From the NCBI GenBank assembly GCA_902761665.1, contig CACWLA010000001.1, positions 20,890-84,889 on the forward strand: a DNA stretch of 64,000 nucleotides, written 5' to 3'. The notes beneath the pieces are model-generated. The model ran no database searches and was not told the origin of the DNA. It was given only the letters and a program-made list of their open reading frames with translations. A program made the position numbers and the translations under genes. This DNA is from an uncultured Lachnospiraceae bacterium. GTDB taxonomy: Bacteria > Bacillota > Clostridia > Lachnospirales > Lachnospiraceae. How positions within the stretch are numbered: position 1 is the stretch's first letter; every line of letters begins with the position of its first letter. Shown here piece by piece: positions 59,483-64,000 of this stretch.

Positions 59483-60820
59483 CTATCCGCGCCGGTTGGA
59501 ACGGCGCCAGATGCCCTGGGCTTCCGCGGCTTTGATGAGCCCGTCGCGGAAGTCGGGATGTGCGACGGAAACGAGCAGCTCCGCCCGTTCCCAGGTGGTC
59601 CGTCCGCAGAGGTTCACGGCGCCGTACTCGGTCACGATGTAGTAGGCCTGGCTGCGGGGGTCGGTGATGATCTCACCGTTAAAATGCGGCAGGATGCGGG
59701 AGCGGAGTGTTCCGTCCTTTTCCTTATAGGTACTGGTCATGGCAATGAAAGCCTTGCCGCCGTTCGACATCGCGGCACCGGTCAGGAAATCCAGCTGGCC
59801 GCCGGTCCCGCTGATGTGGCGGATCCCCGCGCTTTCCGCATTCACCTGGCCGTAGAGGTCTGCGGCGATGCAGTTGTTGATGGAGATCATGTTGTCGAAC
59901 TGCGCGATCGTGCGGACGTCGTTGACGTAGGAAAGCGGTGCGGCGAGAACGTTCGGGTTGTGGTCAGCCCAGCGGTACAGTTCCGAGGAACCGAAGACCA
60001 TGCCGGTCAGACCCTTGCCGCGGTACAGCGTCTTTCTCGTATTGGTGATCTTGCCGGCCCGGTCGAGGACCATGTAGGCATCGCCGCAGAGCTCGGTGTG
60101 CATGCTCAGGTCCTTCACATCCGACTCGGCGATGAGTTTCCCGAGGACGTTCGGCATGCCGCCGATGCCGAGCTGGAGCGCGGCGCCGTCCTTTATGTGC
60201 GGCAGGATGTGGTTCGCGATGGCGAGGTCTTCCGCAGTCGCCTTCGGCGTCGGAAGGTCAGGGAGCGGTCCGTGCGGTCCCTCGACGACGGCGTCGACTT
60301 CGGAAATGTTGATCGTTCCGTCGAAGGCACTGTACATGTACGGCAGGTCATCGCGGACCTCGAGGATCACGTAGTCTGCCTTGTCGAGGATGCCGCGGCC
60401 GACGCCGGTTGCACAGGAAAGTGAGAAGTTTCCGTGTTCATCCATGGGCGGGACGGCCATCATGGCCACGTTCACGTTCAGGAAATGCTTGTAGTACAGC
60501 GTGTTGTTCCGGAAGACCATGGGGATGAAATAGCACAGGCCCCGGTCGGCAAGCTTCCGTTCATAGCCGGAAAAATGCCAGCTGTTGTAGCAGAAATGCT
60601 CCTGCGAAGGATCACATTCCGCAGTCTTGATGGGTCCGAAAATGAGGTTGCCGCGGATCTTGACGTCGTGCAGTTCGTCACGGCGGGCGGCGAGGGCGGC
60701 ATCAAGCAGCGGCGGGAAGCCGAGGTTCGAGGTGTAATCCACCCAGTCCCCGTCCTTCACGATGCGGACAGCTTCCTCGGGCGTTTTCAGTTTGGAACGG
60801 TATTCCTGCAGATAGTCCAT
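59483..60820 (-). CDS. Acetyl-CoA hydrolase/transferase-family CoA-transferase (butyryl-CoA:acetate CoA-transferase-like)
   Basis: 445 aa. N-terminus [29 protein letters not shown] resembles But/4-hydroxybutyrate CoA-transferase family proteins. GGQLDF motif. Confidence 0.82.
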   Translation of the reverse strand: MDYLQEYRSKLKTPEEAVRIVKDGDWVDYTSNLGFPPLLDAALAARRDELHDVKIRGNLIFGPIKTAECDPSQEHFCYNSWHFSGYERKLADRGLCYFIPMVFRNNTLYYKHFLNVNVAMMAVPPMDEHGNFSLSCATGVGRGILDKADYVILEVRDDLPYMYSAFDGTINISEVDAVVEGPHGPLPDLPTPKATAEDLAIANHILPHIKDGAALQLGIGGMPNVLGKLIAESDVKDLSMHTELCGDAYMVLDRAGKITNTRKTLYRGKGLTGMVFGSSELYRWADHNPNVLAAPLSYVNDVRTIAQFDNMISINNCIAADLYGQVNAESAGIRHISGTGGQLDFLTGAAMSNGGKAFIAMTSTYKEKDGTLRSRILPHFNGEIITDPRSQAYYIVTEYGAVNLCGRTTWERAELLVSVAHPDFRDGLIKAAEAQGIWRRSNRRG

Positions 60821-60838
60821 ATCGGTCCTCCGGCCGCA

Positions 60839-61426
60839 CTATTCCTGCTTCTTTGCAGCGGCAAGGCCTGCGCGGAAGGCGGCAAGATTCAGCTCCAACG
60901 CCTTAGCCGGAACGACCTTCCGGACAACGTCTTCCCAGTTCACGTTATCCGCACCCATCAGGCCGCAGCAGGCGCCGAAGAGTACCACGTTCATGCAGCG
61001 CGGATTGCCGAGCTTTTCGGCGATCTCGTTTGCGGGAACGACAATGCACTTAAACTGCTTCTGCATGGCTTCTAGGCAGCCTTCCGGATATTGGAAGAGA
61101 CCTGCGGCCGTTGCCGCGGATTCCTGACGGTAGGCATTGATGACGGCGACGCCGTCCGGCTTCAGGAAGGGAGCGTAGCGGACAGCTTCCATCTGCTCAA
61201 GGGCGATGAGAATGTCCGCTTCGCCCTTTCCGAAGACCGGTCCGTAGACCTTGTCGCCGAAACGGACCTGGGTCGAAACGGAACCGCCGCGCTGGGCCAT
61301 CCCGTGCACTTCGGACTGTTTTACGTCGAAACCGGCTTCCATGAGGCCTTCGGTCATGATCCGGCTGATCAGGATCGCACCCTGTCCGCCGACGCCGGCA
61401 ATCAAAACACTTTTTACGTTAGGCAT
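60839..61426 (-). CDS. iorB: Indolepyruvate ferredoxin oxidoreductase, beta subunit
   Basis: 195 aa, IAGVGGQGAILISRIM motif, directly downstream of iorA. Confidence 0.85.
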   Translation of the reverse strand: MPNVKSVLIAGVGGQGAILISRIMTEGLMEAGFDVKQSEVHGMAQRGGSVSTQVRFGDKVYGPVFGKGEADILIALEQMEAVRYAPFLKPDGVAVINAYRQESAATAAGLFQYPEGCLEAMQKQFKCIVVPANEIAEKLGNPRCMNVVLFGACCGLMGADNVNWEDVVRKVVPAKALELNLAAFRAGLAAAKKQE

Positions 61427-61441
61427 CTGTCAGCACCTCCT

Positions 61442-63187
61442 TTAGGAAATGGCCCCGAAGGGGCAGATCTGCGCGCACACGGTGCAGCCGATGCACTGGC
61501 CGGGGTCGACGTGGGCTTTCCCGTCCTTAAGCGCGATGGCCGGGCAGCCGCAGGCAAGGCACATTTTGCAGCTGCGGCATTTTTCGGGATCCACCCGGCA
61601 CAGCTTCTTCGGCGTGGGCATGCGCTTTAAGAGGACGCAGGGCCGCCTTGTAATGATGGCCGGGAACTTTCCTTCCTTCCGGAGTTCGATCGCCCTGTCA
61701 ATGGTTTCATTCATTGCCGTGAGGTCGAGCGGATCGACGATGAAGACGGCAAAGCCCATGGCGTCCAGGACCTTTTCGATGTTGAAGTCGTTCGAAGGCT
61801 CGCCGAGCAGGGTGTAACCGCTCGCGGGGTTGTCCTGCTGGCCGGTCATGCCGGTTATGCGGTTGTCGAGGACCACCGGGATCACATTCCCCTTGTTGTA
61901 GATGATCTCCGCTGCGCCGGTGAGGCCGCTGTGGCAGAAGGTCGAATCGCCCATGCAGCCGAAGATCAGCTTGTCGGTCACGCCTTCGCGTTCGAAGGAT
62001 TTGCTGATGCCCATGGCGACCGTGAAGCCGCCGCCCATGCAGACGACGGAATCAAGGGCATTAAGAGGCGGCGTTCCGCCGAGAGTGTAGCAGCCGATGT
62101 CGCCGGTCAGGACCACGTTCTTCCTCCGGCTCATCGCATAGAAGAAGCCGCGGTGCGGGCAGCCCGGGCAGAGTGCCGGCGGACGCGGGACTGCTTCGAC
62201 GTCGGGCAGCTTCGTTTCCGGCTTCGTGCCGAAGATGCGTTCCCGGAGGATCTGGGTATTCATTTCGTACATGGTCCCGGTCAGTTCCTTGCCGATGCAG
62301 GGGATGCCGGCGGCCTTGATCTGATCTTCCATGAAGGGTTCCAGCTCCTCGACCACATAGAGCGTTTCGACCTTCTCGGCGAATTCGCGGATGAGGCGCA
62401 TCGGGAGCGGGAAGGTGAGGCCGAGCTTCAGGAAAGAAGCGTCCTCGGGGAAGACTTCCTTTGCGTACTGGTAGGCCACGGAAGCGGAAATGACGCCGAT
62501 CTTCGTGCCTTTCATTTCCACGCGGTTGAGCGGGCTGTCATAACCGAACTCGGCCAGATCCGCAAGGCGCTTTTCAACGAGCGGGCGCTTTGCATAGGAG
62601 TTGGCCGGGGTGCAGACGTATTTTTTCGTGTTGCGAGCGTAGGGCGTAAACTCATGCTCCGTGCGTTCGCCCAGTTCGACCAGGCTCTTCGAATGGGAGA
62701 CACGGGTCGTGGTGCGGAAGAGGACGGGCGTATCGAATTTTTCGGAGATCTCGCAGGCATAACGCACGAAATCCTTACATTCCTGGGCGTCGGACGGTTC
62801 GATGAGCGGCACTTTCGCGGCGCGTGCGTAGTAGCGGTTGTCCTGTTCGTTCTGCGAGGAATGCATGGAAGGATCGTCGGCGTTCACGATCACGAAGCCG
62901 CCCTTGACACCGAGGTACGAGGCGGTGAAGAACGGGTCGGCGGCAACGTTCAGACCAACCATCTTCATGGCGGTAACGGAGCGGCTGCCGGCAACGGCGG
63001 CGCCGTAGGCGACCTCGAGGGCGACCTTCTCATTCGGCGCCCATTCGCAGTAGATGTCGTCACGGTACTGCGGGAGGTTCTCGATGACTTCCGTGCTGGG
63101 CGTGCCGGGATAGGCGCTTGCGACCTTGATACCGGCTTCCCAGATGCCCCGGGCAATGGCTTCATTGCCGGATAACAATTGTTTCAT
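61442..63187 (-). CDS. iorA: Indolepyruvate ferredoxin oxidoreductase, alpha subunit
   Basis: 581 aa. N-terminus LSGNEAIARGIWEAGIKVASAYPGTPSTE, TPP-binding GDIGCY...GDSTFCHSG, C-terminal 2x[4Fe-4S] CRSCKMCLACGCP / CIGCTVCAQICP. Confidence 0.9.
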   Translation of the reverse strand: MKQLLSGNEAIARGIWEAGIKVASAYPGTPSTEVIENLPQYRDDIYCEWAPNEKVALEVAYGAAVAGSRSVTAMKMVGLNVAADPFFTASYLGVKGGFVIVNADDPSMHSSQNEQDNRYYARAAKVPLIEPSDAQECKDFVRYACEISEKFDTPVLFRTTTRVSHSKSLVELGERTEHEFTPYARNTKKYVCTPANSYAKRPLVEKRLADLAEFGYDSPLNRVEMKGTKIGVISASVAYQYAKEVFPEDASFLKLGLTFPLPMRLIREFAEKVETLYVVEELEPFMEDQIKAAGIPCIGKELTGTMYEMNTQILRERIFGTKPETKLPDVEAVPRPPALCPGCPHRGFFYAMSRRKNVVLTGDIGCYTLGGTPPLNALDSVVCMGGGFTVAMGISKSFEREGVTDKLIFGCMGDSTFCHSGLTGAAEIIYNKGNVIPVVLDNRITGMTGQQDNPASGYTLLGEPSNDFNIEKVLDAMGFAVFIVDPLDLTAMNETIDRAIELRKEGKFPAIITRRPCVLLKRMPTPKKLCRVDPEKCRSCKMCLACGCPAIALKDGKAHVDPGQCIGCTVCAQICPFGAIS

Positions 63188-63264
63188 AATAAAGATACCC
63201 CTTTCTGCTGCAGTGCAGCCGAAACGAATGATGATGCGGTTTTATACGTTATTTTGCTGCCTTC

Positions 63265-63293
63265 AGCATAGCACCGCGGCGGGCTTATGTCAA
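63265..63293 (-). promoter_or_regulatory. Promoter of the ior operon
   Basis: Minus strand: TTGACA (63288-63293), 17-nt spacer ending in TGc, TATGCT (63265-63270). Leader of about 70 nt. Confidence 0.55.
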
Positions 63294-63458
63294 TCTTCGG
63301 CGGACTGAAAATCCGGCGTGTCCGCCGCACACGGACAGATGTAGAGGGGAATCCGGGTGCCTCGCGGACAGACGAGTGTTTTCTCAGAACGATTTATTTC
63401 GTGCAGCTGTTCTTCGAAAGCACTGCCTGCGCCGCCCGGTCCATGGTGACGGAGAGAA

Positions 63459-63489
63459 TAAAAAAGGGCTGTGAGCGCGCTCACAGCCC
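63459..63489 (-). terminator. Intrinsic terminator of the upstream minus-strand gene
   Basis: Minus strand: GGGCTGTGAGCGCGCTCACAGCCC followed by TTTTTTAT. Confidence 0.85.
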
Positions 63490-63515
63490 CGTCCGGGAGA
63501 GGGCAGTATGATCGA

Positions 63516-64000
63516 TCAGTTTTTATGGTTTACAACAGTTTTCCCGTTCGGGTCAAGGATCTCGAAGGAACTGATTGCAGCCTGCGCTTTGAAATCGGTC
63601 TCCGCCGATACGTGCAGCAGGTCGGTCTTCATCGAGTAACCGGAGTCGGTCTGGGCGTCCAGGTACAGGCGCAGGCGGCTGCTGTCCGTGAAGTTATCGA
63701 ACTTGTCGTCCAGTTCGATTCTGACGGGCTCGAAGTTCCTGCCGTTCAGATCGACCGGGACGCGTCCGACCTCTTTCCCGTCAACTTCTTTGACGATCTC
63801 GGTCTTTGTGACTTTGAGATCACAGACGGATTTGCCGAAATCGCCGACGGCAAAGCTCCCCTTCAGGCTGAGCGTGCCGTTCTTCAAAGAAGCCTTGAGG
63901 TCGATGCCTTCCGCTTCATAGTTCGGGAAGACGAGCGCCCACATCTCACCGTAAGGGACGTCGTCCAGGACCTGCGTTTTTGTCACGCCGTCTTCAGAGA
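63516..64000 (-). CDS. 3' part of a hypothetical protein (ORF stays open to the window edge)
   Basis: The tracked start at 63986 is a GTG and the frame stays open upstream (..SEDG-VTKTQ..). Beta-rich sequence with no motif I recognise. Confidence 0.45.
   Translation of the reverse strand, partial: SEDGVTKTQVLDDVPYGEMWALVFPNYEAEGIDLKASLKNGTLSLKGSFAVGDFGKSVCDLKVTKTEIVKEVDGKEVGRVPVDLNGRNFEPVRIELDDKFDNFTDSSRLRLYLDAQTDSGYSMKTDLLHVSAETDFKAQAAISSFEILDPNGKTVVNHKN

Overview
High-GC (by eye about 58-62 %, not computed) Clostridia-type chromosomal core segment. It is almost fully coding, with about 51 CDS. I recognised no rRNA, tRNA, CRISPR array, transposase, integrase or phage gene.

Gene content, left to right:
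- One minus-strand eight-gene string over the left 12 kb: pyrG-guaA-glnA(type III)-purA-purC-purF-purB-fumC.
- A LysR regulator.
- A small AT-rich islet with an XRE/Zn-ribbon regulator and a DUF4160 + DUF2442-HTH pair.
- An NhaC-type antiporter, trmB and a GH31 alpha-glucosidase.
- metG-secA-prfB.
- An XRE regulator divergent from a DEDDh exonuclease.
- An SbcD/SbcC-like (YhaO/YhaN-like) pair.
- glgCD, two aminopeptidases, and a kinase-fold + GNAT pair.
- A tldD-pmbA-(Zn-ribbon membrane protein)-TPM operon.
- A small ECF-S-like membrane protein and a MarR regulator.
- A 608-bp intergenic region carrying a conspicuous tandem plus inverted repeat element.
- An oxidoreductase, several exported proteins and lipoproteins, and a MATE pump.
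- A five-gene MBOAT/DHHW/SGNH surface-acylation cluster.
- An iorAB-CoA-transferase-aminotransferase operon.

I do not see a self-evident new multi-gene system. The best candidates for a second look are:
1. The unexplained GC-rich repeat element at 43365-43754, next to a MarR with a Met/His/Pro/Cys-rich insertion.
2. The SbcC-like ATPase whose coiled-coil apex appears replaced by a transmembrane hairpin.
3. The tldD/pmbA operon extended by a multi-Zn-ribbon membrane protein and a TPM protein.
4. The DUF4160/DUF2442-HTH module, with an apparent ATT start codon and an operator inside its promoter.
5. The MBOAT/DHHW/2xSGNH cluster.

All homology statements come from reading the translated ORFs and from memory of family motifs. 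No database search was run.
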